Origin: Takakia lepidozioides
Taxonomy: Eukaryota > Plantae > Bryophyta
Assembly (NCBI GenBank): GCA_030704615.1
Contig: CM060731.1
Coordinates: 23,498,001-23,562,000 of the forward strand
Reading direction: 5' to 3'
Length of the DNA stretch: 64,000 bases
Part shown: positions 39,199-50,420 of the stretch, one piece after another
Numbering within the stretch: the first letter of the stretch is position 1
Layout: each line of letters begins with the position of its first letter
Made by a program: the position numbers and the translations under genes
The notes under the pieces: generated by a model
The model's database searches: none
What the model saw: the letters and a program-made list of their open reading frames with translations, nothing else
What the model was told of the DNA's origin: nothing

Positions 39199-39200
39199 CT

Positions 39201-39212
39201 TGGTATCAGAGC
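39201..39212 (+). promoter_or_regulatory. Primer binding site for tRNA-iMet
   Basis: TGGTATCAGAGC, 2 nt after the LTR end. Confidence 0.92.
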
Positions 39213-40390
39213 CTAGAGTTCAGTACGCGATTGTCCTTGAGATCGGCCTCATCATGGGGTCGGGCAAAACAAAGTGAAAGCGGAACGGCCCGAAAGATGA
39301 TGATCCTGGTGAGCCCGGGGGGGGGGGCGACGTGTCACCGAAGCGGCAATTGGAATAGGAGATTCATGCTTCTGAAAGCGAGGCCGCTCGAGAACGGGAG
39401 GAATTTTGGGAGTCAAAGCCCGAGGACTTCCCAGAGGCTCCGCCAAACCAACAGATGTCTCCCCTACCAGCAGCATTTTGGGAAGGGTTGTTGGCGCAGT
39501 TTGGTGGGACGTTGAAAGACGTGTTGAGGGCGGCTAATGACACTTCCACTAAGGCAAAGTTTAAGGTGAAGCCTAAGGAACCCGACACCTTCGAGGGCGT
39601 CCGAAATCGGAAAGCACTCAACACCTGGCTTTTGGAGCTAGAGTAGTACTTCCAGGCGGCCAAGTTGAGTGACGAGGATCGGGTGGAAGTGGCTCCCACC
39701 TATTTGAGGGGTTATGCTCAACAATGGTGGCAAAAACACCTTCATGACCAAGGTCCAAACCCAGAAACCTTGAGCTGGAGTGGGTTCAAGAGACTTATGA
39801 AAAGACAGTTTGTGCCCCTCAACGCGTTCTGGCTCGTCCGGGACAAGATGAGGAATTTGAAGCAAACGGATGACATTCGAGGATATGTTCTGGCTTTCAA
39901 TGTGCTATTGCTCGAAGTCGCGGATATGACAGAACCAGAAATGGTCTTCAACTTTGTGGCGGGACTGGCCCCATGGCCCAGGCGGATGTTGGAGGAGAAG
40001 CCACCTAAGACTTTAAACGAGGCAATTGAAAGGGCTGAATGTTTCTCGGATGTCCCTAGGGGCAAAAGACAAGGCCGTACGGAGCTGAACCACAAGAAGA
40101 TCCAGCGGGAGGGTGACTCATTCCGACCGGAAAAGAAGTGGGATAGGCCACACGGCGACAATGGCACATGGAAATTGAAGGGAGGGCCTTTACACGTCAA
40201 GGCGGCACTCGGTGCTCCGAAAAGAAAATCAGGTGCGGCGGCTTTTGGCGGACAGAAGACGATCTTCGATGGAGTGAGCTTTAATTGCGGGGAGCCCGGG
40301 CACATGGCCAAGGAGTTCGCAAAACTCGACAATTGAACATGACTCGGGCGACCGCGGAGCTGTCCGAAGATTCCATCAGCCGCTTGGTGG

Positions 40391-40988
40391 GAGGGCAGCA
40401 AAGCCGTGAGCAAAACCTGTGAGCAGATTCCTGGATGTGTGAGCAAATTCCCCGAAGCATGAGCAGATTCAAAGTGTGAGCAGATTTCTGATGCGGACCC
40501 CAAAACCGTGGGAATAAGTGGGCCTATTGCCGTGGACGCCAACTTCACTACAACGACGCAATCTCCGCTCCATCGGACCGAAGATAGAAAGGCTCCATGA
40601 CGACAAAGTGGCACGAATGCACGATGAAACATTCACGGAAGAATGGATTTGGGATGGACGTAAAAGTGAAATGGATGAACGTTGGATGAAGCACGGATGA
40701 AAAGTTGTCCAGATGAGGGGACTATGGACAACTGTATGAGCATGTCTCGTGAGGGATCAGCAAGCGCAGGGACCAGGCATTAAGATGTCGTCAACGACAT
40801 CTTAAATCGCATGCTCAGCATGAGAAATGAACCCATGAAAATCGTTGCAAAAAAAAAAAATCTTGCCTGGAAAAAACCATATGAGGGAGTTGTAATCCTG
40901 CTCAGGGAAGCACGAATTAAGATGTCGTCAACAACATCTTAATCCCCTGCCCTGTTTGGACATGGGAATTTCACCAAACAGGATAAAA

Positions 40989-41023
<35 letters not shown>

Positions 41024-43615
41024 CCCTAAAATGGAGAAAGGTTTGGGTTTACTTGAACAAAGTGGATCCATGAAGAGTGACTGGTCTCATTTGCAAGAGG
41101 GTAGCTACCGTGTGAGCAGTTCACGTGAGCATGCTCATGCTTTAAGTGGTAAACGTGAGTAGAATCCCTTAAGCGTGAGCAGATTGCAAACGTGAGCAGA
41201 TTAGTGAATGGGAGCCTACAACCGAGGGAAGAAGATGACCTATTGCCATGGACAAAAACATTGTACGGACACAATCTCCACCCCATCTGACGAAAGAATC
41301 CTTCATGGGTGACGACCATATGGTACGAATGTGTGATGAAAAGCTGCAGGTTGAATGGTTTTGAGATGAATGAAAAAATGAATGGATGAATGTTGGATGA
41401 CTTTTGGATGAAAAATGAGCGACATGATTGAACCATGGTGCGTGTGCAGGTGCTCGGGATTAAGGTGTCGTCAACGACATCTTAATTCCCAGTACGAGTT
41501 GGCACATGACAACTTACGGAAAAACCAAAATCCCTGAATTTTTTTTTCCAAAAATATTAACCAAAACAAATTTCAACCCAAAAAACTTTCAAGGCGAAGA
41601 AACCTTGGCGGTGTGTGTGCAAGTGGTGGGGATTAAGGTGTCGTCAACGACATCTTAATTCCCAGCAAGTTTATAAATTTTTATTTTTATTTTAAAAAAA
41701 CTGTTTTATTTTATTTTATTTATTTTCCCCCTGAATGTGCCAGTTTAAGGTGTCGTCAACGACATCTTAATTCCTAGTACGAGTTGGCACATGACAATTT
41801 ATGGAAAAACAAAAAAAACCCAAAAATAAATCACCCAAAAAATTTCAACCCAAAAAAATCTGATGGCGAACAGCCTTGGCGGTAAGACGGTGTGTGTGCA
41901 GGTGCTAGGGATTAAGGTGTCGTCAACGAAATCTTAATTCCCAGTACGAGTTGGCACATGACAATTCATGGAAAACCAAAAACCCCAAAAACTTTCATCC
42001 AAAAAATTTCAACCCACAAAAATCTGATGGCGAACAAGCCTTGGCGTTAAGGCGGTGTGTGTGCAGGTGCTGGGGATTAAGGTGTCGTCAACGACATCTT
42101 AATTCCCAGTACGAGTTGGCATATGACAATTCATGGAAAAATCAAAAACCCCAAAAAAATTCACCCGAAAAAATCTGATGGCGAACAAGCCTTGGCGGTA
42201 AGGCAGTGTGTGTGCAGGTGCTGGGGATTAAGGTGTCATCAACGACATCTTAATTCCCAGTACGTGTTTTGAAATGTTTATTTATAAAGCACGAGTTCAC
42301 CTCTTTGCCTTCTTTAGATTTGGGTATGAGCATTTCTCTCAACCTTGGATACCGTTTGATTCAAGGTGGCCTCAACTCTGCACCTTTGTCCCTACTTTCA
42401 ATTTCAATGTAGTCTTGTGTTGTTCTGTGTTGTGCCATTCTCTTGTTTGATTGCTATTTGAGAGATGGAATTAAGGTGTCGTTGACGATACCTTAAATCC
42501 ATGCCCTCTTGGGATGAGTTTGCCATGAATGAGGATCTTACATGGTCAGATTTTTTTGAAAGTTGCCAACATCAGTTATGGAGTCCTGCCTCTTAGTGCC
42601 TGGATTAAGATGTCGTTGACGACACCTTAATCCTGAGAGTGAATTGCTACCATTTTGGGATCTTTTGGGATGGAGTGGGACGAGCAGCTCTACTCTCAAG
42701 TCATCGCATCTCTGTCTGGGGGTTTATCGCATTCGACCCAGACCAAGAACATTGTCATGGAGCAGGATCTGCGAAAGCCCAATGCTCTGGATGTTGATTC
42801 CGATTTCTCATGTGAGTAAGTGCTAGTTCAGTTGTGGTACTTCACTGACACGACGGCACATCCTTCTATTTCCATCTTTCCTGCACAAGTTGGGCCAGCA
42901 GAATGTATGTGGACTTATATTGTTTGTGTGTGTGTACAGGAGCCCAATGTCGCCACGGTTCCTCCCTTTCTTTGCAAACCCGCAATTTTTCCCAAGTCCG
43001 AAAGCAGATTTTAAATTGTCATGTTATGCGGAGGCTGCAGCTTCGAAATTTAGTCTCATCTCTTCTCCCCCTGCTGTGCTTTTAAACAGAGAGGGTTTTG
43101 TGCAAAGCAGGGCTAGTGTCTTCATAGACAGTTCTGCCTTCATTTCGGACGCCGACTCCAGTAGCATAGAATATTCTTCGTCGGAATGAATCTGCAGTTT
43201 TTAAACTATTTAGTTTGAAGCACCAAATGGCCTCTCCACCTTCTTTGCAATTGTGTGTCAGCAACTATGTCGACTTCTGATACCTGATGAAAGGACAATC
43301 ATAACCCTCACCAGTGGGCAGAGGTTCACTCTAGAGCTAGGTGGATTTAGCAACCACTACTCAAAAATGCATCTTAGTTTTGCATTCATCCACAAACTAC
43401 ATTCATCCATGTGCCATTCGTCGAACATACATTCATCCCCCATTCATCCATCATTCATCCATAACGATGAATGACATATGCATGATATACTAGACACAAC
43501 CCGCAGTAGTAGGTCTTCTAGGCCGAATAGGTGTCCGCGGTTATAGGTGAGCACATTTAGAATCGTGAGCAGAATTCTGCTCACGGAATTTTCTGCTCAC
43601 GGTTTAGCAATCCCC
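40391..43615. mobile_element. Non-autonomous Mutator-like element (3.2 kb) inserted at the gag/pol junction
   Basis: 9-bp TSD GCTTGGTGG (40382-40390 / 43616-43624); imperfect TIRs GAGGGCAGCAAAGCCGTGAGCA / TGCTCACGGTTTAGCAATCCCC; removing the insert restores the reading ...SISRLVEAVVAK... Confidence 0.88.
40780..42630. repeat. Array of ten 26-bp palindromes TTAAGRTGTCGT-CA-ACGACATCTTAA, partly within ~150-170 bp tandem units
   Basis: Copies start at ~40780, 40917, 41460, 41633, 41745, 41912, 42077 and 42228, and (opposite orientation) 42471 and 42605. Confidence 0.92.
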
Positions 43616-46600
43616 GCTTGGTGGAGGCGGTAGTCGCCAAGACTTGCAAAATAGGCAACTACTCTTGTGAGTTGTATCAAGAGACTAGCCCCTTGTGTAA
43701 AGGGAGTCAGTTAATGTTCATGAGTGGGATAATTTCCGGAACTAACGTGTCGTTGTTGGTGGACACAGGAGCGTCGCACTCCTTCATGACACCGGCAACG
43801 GCACGGAATCTGGGGCTCCCGACAAGTGATGTGGAGGCCTCTATTGAAGTGCGTTATGCCAAAGGAGAACCACAACTAGCGACGAGGTTGGCGTTCGATG
43901 TTCATCTTCAGCTGGGGAGTTGGGAAGGACGTGATAACTTCACCATTTGCGAGATCGATGAAGTGGATCTCATTTTGGGGATGACCTTTTTGAGCAAATC
44001 CGGAGTGATCATAGATGGGCGCAAGAGAGTAGTCCCGCTACCGTGTGGGGATGGTGGCGAAGTTTTACGGGTGTCGAAAACGCCCAACCGAGTGGGAGGG
44101 CGAATAAACCTACTGACAGCAAAGGAGTGGGCCGTGGAGGAGCCACACGAACCCCAGGTTTTGCTTTACGTAAGACAAGTTTCCGGGTCACAAAAGTGGA
44201 GTTCCTAGGGCATATGATTACACAGGATGGGATCAAAATGGATGACAGAAATGTGAGGGCGATCTTGGACTGGGAGCCTCCGACTTTGGTCCCAGGAGTG
44301 CGATCCTTCCTAGGACTCGCCTCCTATTACCGAAAGTATGTGAGGAATTTCGCCAAGATCGCGGAGCCGCTATCAGACCTTCTGTGTAAGTCCAAGGTAT
44401 GGGTATGGAACATCTTTTGTGGCCAAGCTTTTGCCGAGTTGAAGCAGCGGATGGCGGAAGCTCCAGTCCTGAAAATCCTGGAGTTTGACCGTCCATTTGA
44501 GATTCATGCAGATGTGTCAGACTTCGCAATTGGGGGTGTGCTCATGCAGGATGGACGTCTAGTGACTTACGAAAGTAAAAAACAGAATGAAGTGGAGCGA
44601 CAGTGGCCTACGCACGAGAAAGAAATGAAGGCGGTGGTGCATTGCCTTAAGCTTTGGCGCCACTATGTTGGTTCCAACCCGGTGAAGGTGTTCACGGACA
44701 ATGTCACAGTGAAGTATTTTGTCACACAGCTTAAGTTGTCCCCAAAACAACTTAGGTGGCAAGACACTTTGGCAGTGTTCGACGTGGATATCCAGTACAA
44801 ACCGGTACGGGACAATGTGGTGGCCGATGCTTTCAGTAGAAAGCAGTAGCTCATGTTGGTGTACAGGGGCGAGACGGCGCTCCAAAGAAGATCCGGAAGG
44901 CTTACCGGAAGGATGAGATAGCGAAGTCCGTGATGCGAGACTTGAGGTTGGGGGTTAAATCGTATTTCCACTTGCACAATGGGCTGCTTCGGTACAAGCA
45001 AAAGTGTCTCTACGTGTCGAAGGGAGGGATCTGAGATAGTCTCTTGAGAGAATGCCATGATGGCCCGCTTGCGGGCCACGGCGGAGCCAAGCGCACCGCG
45101 GCACTATTGAAGAAAGAGTATTTCTGGCCCAAATTGAGGGAGGAGGCCGATGAGTATGTCAAGAAATGCATTACATGCCAACAAAACCGGAGCGAGTACA
45201 AAAAGCAAGCGGGGTTGTTATTCACTCTTCCCGTTTGGCCGTCCGTCGTAGGTCGGAAGGCGATGCTCATCTTGAGCCTCGTCCCCATTTTCTTCCAAAG
45301 TGCCCTCCAAAATTTATTTGTAAATTTTGGATCGCGGTCCGAGACAATATCCTTCGGAAGTCCATGATGCTTGAAGACGTGGGTGAAGTAAAGTCACTTC
45401 GTCTCCTGCACCGTTGCCGTCTCCTTGGTGGGAATAAAATGGCCCATTTTACTGAACCTATCCACCACCACCATGATTGCATTGAATCCTTTTGACAACG
45501 GCATAGCAGTCATGAAATCCATTGAGACACTTTCCCAAGACCTCTCTGGAATCGGCAAGGGAGTTCTGTTATAATAATACAAAACACTCCACAACGAGAG
45601 TTTCCCCTTTCGTATTGGTCTATGGAAAAGCACCTCTGGTGCCGACAAGTTGGGCCGCCCAGGACGTTGAGGAACCGGCAGCAAGCACCAGTACTTCAAA
45701 GATGAAGTGTGTCCGAATCGGCATCAAGTGTTGCGTCAACCACCTGTGCTGTTGGATCATGAAAATGAACCTGAGTACGAGGTGGAGGCAGTGCTTAAGT
45801 CGAGAAGGTTCAAGAATCGAGAAACGGAGTATCTCATGAAATGGAAGGGCTATCATTAAGTGGAGGCAACTTGGGTGCGTGCCTCAGAAATGGGAAACGC
45901 ATCCGAGGCGGTTGCAGCTTTCGAAGGGCGACCTCAAAAGCGGAAGAAGCGTTGATGGGGACATCAACCTTGGATTGTGGGGGAGAAAATGCATGCTTAG
46001 TCCGGCTTAGCTAGCTTAGGAATCCGATTGCAAAAACTTGTGTTGTACAAATTTTATTTATAAATGAAATGGTTTTTAAATGTTGTGCTTCCTATTTTGT
46101 TTGGAATGGTGATGCATGGCATGGTTAGCTGCATGCTAACTTACGAAATTGGGAGAGATAAATTGGATTAATCGTGTGTTTGTGCAGTGCCGAAATCGGA
46201 CGACTCCTATCCAAGGGGCAAGAAAACTTGCGTCTTCTTTGGGAATTCACGTGCTAGTGCGCACCTGGCGCGTGCGCGTACTATAATTGCGCTACCGAGG
46301 GGTTGTCTTGTAGTGCGGGCTAACGCGGAAGTTACGTGCTTCCGTTCACGTACTATAATCGTGTAACCTCGGGACGAAGTCGTAGTGCAGCTTCGGCATG
46401 TTCCCGTACCTCAGGCCAGCATTCCAAGGCGGACCCAATTGTAGTGATTGGGGTGCACAGTTGGTTCAAGGTTATCTTCCTAGTAAAAAAAAGGGTTCAA
46501 GGTGAACCCTTCTCAAGGTGATGCCAAAAAACGGCATCATGAGCAATATAAGCAATGTTATGCAATAAGGCGATTCGATCCTCGGGGAGGATCGTTCTTT

Positions 46601-47040
46601 GGCCTTGAAGTGGACCAAAAAAAGTGCACTGGGTGGAGCTGGAGAGGCTCCACCCTTGGCCGAGACTTGGAGGAAGTCGGCCAAACTAGCTAATGGAGAG
46701 TAGAGTCAAGTGGGGGTTTGGTTCTTTGCCATGGGACGCCATGGTACGGAAACAAACCCCTTGATGTGGGACGCCACAACTTGGATGTTAGTTTCTACAA
46801 AATGGACAAGTCGTTGAGGACATCGACTCCCTGTTGGTAGGGGTGTGTGTCGCAGCCCTTTGCCTTGAGGGCAGGGGGTCGCGACACAAGAGGGGCTGCC
46901 CCAGTGGTGGGGGCAGTGGCAACAATAGGTATGGGGGCTAAAGCACCCTTGAGTGCCCAAGGCACTCAAGGAGGCAGAGGCACTCACTAGGTGGAGCCCC
47001 ACACACCGGGTTGCGGTGGGGGTGGTTCCACGAGGGGTGG

Positions 47041-47766
47041 TGTCGCGGCCCTTTGCCTTGAGGGCAGGGGGTTGGGTCACAGAGGGGCTGCCCCTGTGGT
47101 GGGGGCGGTGGCAGCAATAGGTACGGGGGGGCTGAAGCAACCTCGAGTGCCCAAGGCACTCGAGGAGGCGGAGGCACTCACTAGGTGGAGCCTCGCACAC
47201 CGGGTTGCGGTGGGGGTGGCTCCACAAGGGGTGGTGGTAGCTTAGTGGGACTTAGTGGGGGTGGCATAGGACTCACCATGGGGGCGGAGACCTTGTGGTG
47301 GGAGTCGTGGGGAGTCTTGGGACTCATCACGGTCCACGGGGATCGTGGTGAGTGGGCCAAGACTCACCGTGACTCATCACCGGGAATCGAGGGTTTTCGT
47401 GGTGGTTCGCCATAAAATGGTGGTGTTGTTTGTGAAACCCCCGCGGACAGTCACAGAAGTATATATAGGGAGTAGTAACCCCGAGAACGGTGCAAGCCCG
47501 TTGGTGTCCAAAAACTAGTGAGTAAGCGTGCGAGCCGGAAAGCGACCAAGGTGTGGGGAGCTATTCCGGACTGCCATCGACCAAAGGGAATTTCCACTAG
47601 GCCCAAATTTGGAGAGGGTCTAGTGGAGGAGTAAAGGGGGACCGTTATGCCCCGGTGAGCAGCCGAAGCTCCGAATTGGCCCGGCGGCCAGTTTGGGAGT
47701 TAGGCGCGCGCATCAAGCGAGTAACTATGACTTGAAGGGGAGCTTACCGAAGTGAGGTGCGCGACA
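47041..47766 (+). mobile_element. Solo LTR of the same family nested in the 3' LTR
   Basis: Termini TGTCGC...GCGACA; 5-bp TSD GGTGG (47036-47040 / 47767-47771); removing it restores the LTR sequence. Confidence 0.92.
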
Positions 47767-49440
47767 GGTGGTGGTAGCTTAGTGGGTCTTAGTGGGGGTG
47801 GCATAGGGCTCATCATGGGGCGGAGACCTTGTGGTGGGAGTCGTGGGGAGTCTTGGGACTCATCATGGTCCAATGGGGCCGTGGTGGGTGGGCCAAGACT
47901 CACCGCGACTCATCATCGGGAATGGAGGGTCCTCGTGGTGGTTCGCCATAAACTGACTGGGTTGTTTGTGAAACCCCCGCGGACAGTCACAGAAGTATAT
48001 ATAGGGAGTAGTAACCTCGAGAACGGAGCAAGCCCGTTGGTGACCAAAAACTAGTGCGTAAGCGTCCGAGCCAGAAAGCGACCAAGGTGTGGGGAGCTGT
48101 AACTATGATTTGAAGGGGAGCTTACGCGTGCTCCTGGGCCAAGAGGAGCAGATATGGATTTTGATCCACAAAGGGGGGAAGCAAGGCGACAAATAAGGCT
48201 TCCACAGTCTTTCACATTGGCTGAGACAGTGCCAACTATGTCATCGATGGCACCCGCTCGCCCAAGTGTGTCAGAGGTAGAGCCACAAGTGCCATTGGGG
48301 AAAGTTGGTGTGGCTCGGGATATGCTAGTGGGTGGTGCTGCAAAGAAAGGTGCAGCCAGTACAATGTTGGGGGCGGCTACGGCAATTTGTCAAGCTCCAT
48401 TGTTTTCTGCCACGACAATTGCAATGCCGGGGATGCGGCCAGCTGCAGTATTTAGACTGGCAGCTGTACTCTATGAGAGTGGTAATGCATCGGCACTATC
48501 TGCGGGGATAGCAGATAAGGTGCAATGCATGAATGCCTTGGATTCAAGGGTGAAGACAGCCACAGCTGCACCATGGCAAGCGGCAGCTGCAAAGTTGCAG
48601 GAGTTGCCAGCTAGGCCAGCCATTGAGCGCAGTATGGTGACTCCTGGGGTAGTCCTAGTGGACAATCAGGATGGTATGTTTCAGTTAGGTGGCCCAGCCG
48701 GGAGGAGGTATAGGCCACTACGGGTCTTGTTGGACTCGGAAGCACAACCATTGATGTTGGAGAGAGCAGCAATTGCAGGCTTAGGCCTTACAGAGGCGGA
48801 TTTGGAGCCTTGCCCTTTCCAAATTCAAACATCTTTGGGTGGTTCAGAGAAGGCACGAGGGATTACACGCCATGAGCTCTTCATTCGATTGCAGCCAGAT
48901 CATCCTACGGATGACTCAGTCATGAGAGCTAAAGCCATTATTACGGACGCGATGTCCTATGATGTGCTTGTTGGTGGGGCGATGTTATACCCCAGGCAAT
49001 TCACTCTGGACTTTTGGGAGGAAATGGCATCATACAGGCCGGAATGGCAGTCAGGAGAGGGCCGACGTGCACTGCTTCTAGTGTGGTTTATTGGGAATGT
49101 GGCGGTGGATCATAGGAACATGATGCCCACATTGGCTGCATTTTCAAGGGTGGTGGCTTGGGGTGGTGAGCTCTTGGAGGGCAATAGCCATGCAAATGAT
49201 AGGCCATCACCTAATGAGGACAAACAATTGGCATACAAGGCTGATTTGCTTCCTCATGTGCCCGTGCATATTTCACTGTGGGGTACGGTTGGGAATTTGC
49301 ATCGAGTAGCAGGCGAGTGTGTGCACCAAGCATGGCAGGAGGCATTTCCATTGATGAGTGAGAGGAGTTCAATGACATCACCTGGACCTCCTGAGTTAGC
49401 TCTTTTGGACACAGTGCCCATTACCTGACAACCACCTGAC

Positions 49441-50420
49441 TCAGGGATTTGTTTGCTACTGTTTGGAGGCATGAGCACTGGGCTTGCAGGAGTGTTGCAA
49501 GCAGGGATTAAAGTACGCAAGTACTTGTATGTGGAGAAGGATGAGATAGCTCAGCGTATTTCTTTACCTCACATCACCTTGCTCACACACCAGTATCCTG
49601 AGTTGTTGCCTCTCTCAACAATTCAAGGATATCAAAAGGCCTTGCCAACAGACATTACCTTGCTGGGGGCGGATGATTTGGACCGGCATGGTTCCATTGA
49701 CTTGGTGATAGCCGGATGGCTTTGCCAAGGACACTCTCCCGCAGGTCATGGGCTTGCATGATGCACAATCGCATTTGTTTTGGGAGATGTTGCGAGTGTT
49801 GCGGGACTTGCAGACGAGGCAAATGCAACCTCTAGGCTATATCTTGGAAAATGTTCCTCTTATGGGGGATTCTCGGGCCAGGGTTATGGCCAGTGTGCAT
49901 CAAGTGCGGTCTTGGATTGGATCGGCGGTGCTATTGGATGCAGCAGCGGTGGGATCACGCGCGCATCGACCTCGATTGTGGTGGACCAATCTTGCACCAC
50001 CAGAGCTGTTCAAGAGAGCATACGATTCCATTCAACGGCCACCCAATCTCACGGTTGAAGGCATTTTGGACCAAGGGAGGCAACCACAAAGAGTGCGACA
50101 TGATGATCGTCCACCTCTAGCAGTGGTCAATCGAGTGGGGCAGCCATGTGCGGCCTTGCCTACGCTCATGAGCTTTCCCTCGTCTCATGCTTTCTGAGAC
50201 AATGGTCCTGGGTTGATCTGGGACAATGTGCTACAGCAATTGGTGGAGCCCAATGCGGATGAGCGAGAGCGGGCAATGGGATTTGTCACTGGCACTACAG
50301 ATGTGCCAGCTTTGTTAGAGGCATCACGCCGCCAAGTGTTGGGTCATGCAATGGATCTAAATTGATTGACATGGGTCATTGGCTTGTGCATGGCTGAGCA
50401 ATGGAGATTGCAAGCATTGA
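49441..50420 (+). pseudogene. Retrotransposon-borne DNA (cytosine-5) methyltransferase domain, DNMT3-like (frameshift ~49750, stop 50195)
   Basis: Motif I LLFGGMSTGL; II YVEKD; III DIT; IV DLVIAGWLCQGHS; VI YILENV; VIII DAAAVGSRAHRPRLWWTNL; IX ERERAMGF..GTTD; X RRQVLGHAM. Confidence 0.9.

Larger units (their letters stand above)
38474..48125 (+). mobile_element. Ty3/gypsy chromovirus LTR retrotransposon, non-autonomous (RT core deleted), with nested insertions
   Basis: 5' LTR 38474-39198, PBS, gag ~39300-40336, protease LVDTGASHSF, RNase H, H2C2 integrase, chromodomain YEVEAVL..EYLMKWKGY..EATW (~45770-45950); 3' LTR begins at 46848 and is truncated at 48125. Confidence 0.93.

Noticed and set aside
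40780-42630. CRISPR-like array of palindromic repeats
   Set aside because: The spacers are long (85-520 bp) and mostly similar to each other, there are no cas genes, and the array lies inside a TSD-bounded eukaryotic transposon.
46706-48054. ORFs repeated within the LTR copies (e.g. GGGSLVGLSGGGIGL...)
   Set aside because: They recur only because the LTRs are repeated; frames are not conserved between copies.
49441-50420. Host DNMT3/DRM gene or bacterial contamination
   Set aside because: It has no introns or regulatory domains, motif order is not DRM-permuted, and it is collinear and in frame with gypsy protease and followed by RT, so it is element-borne.
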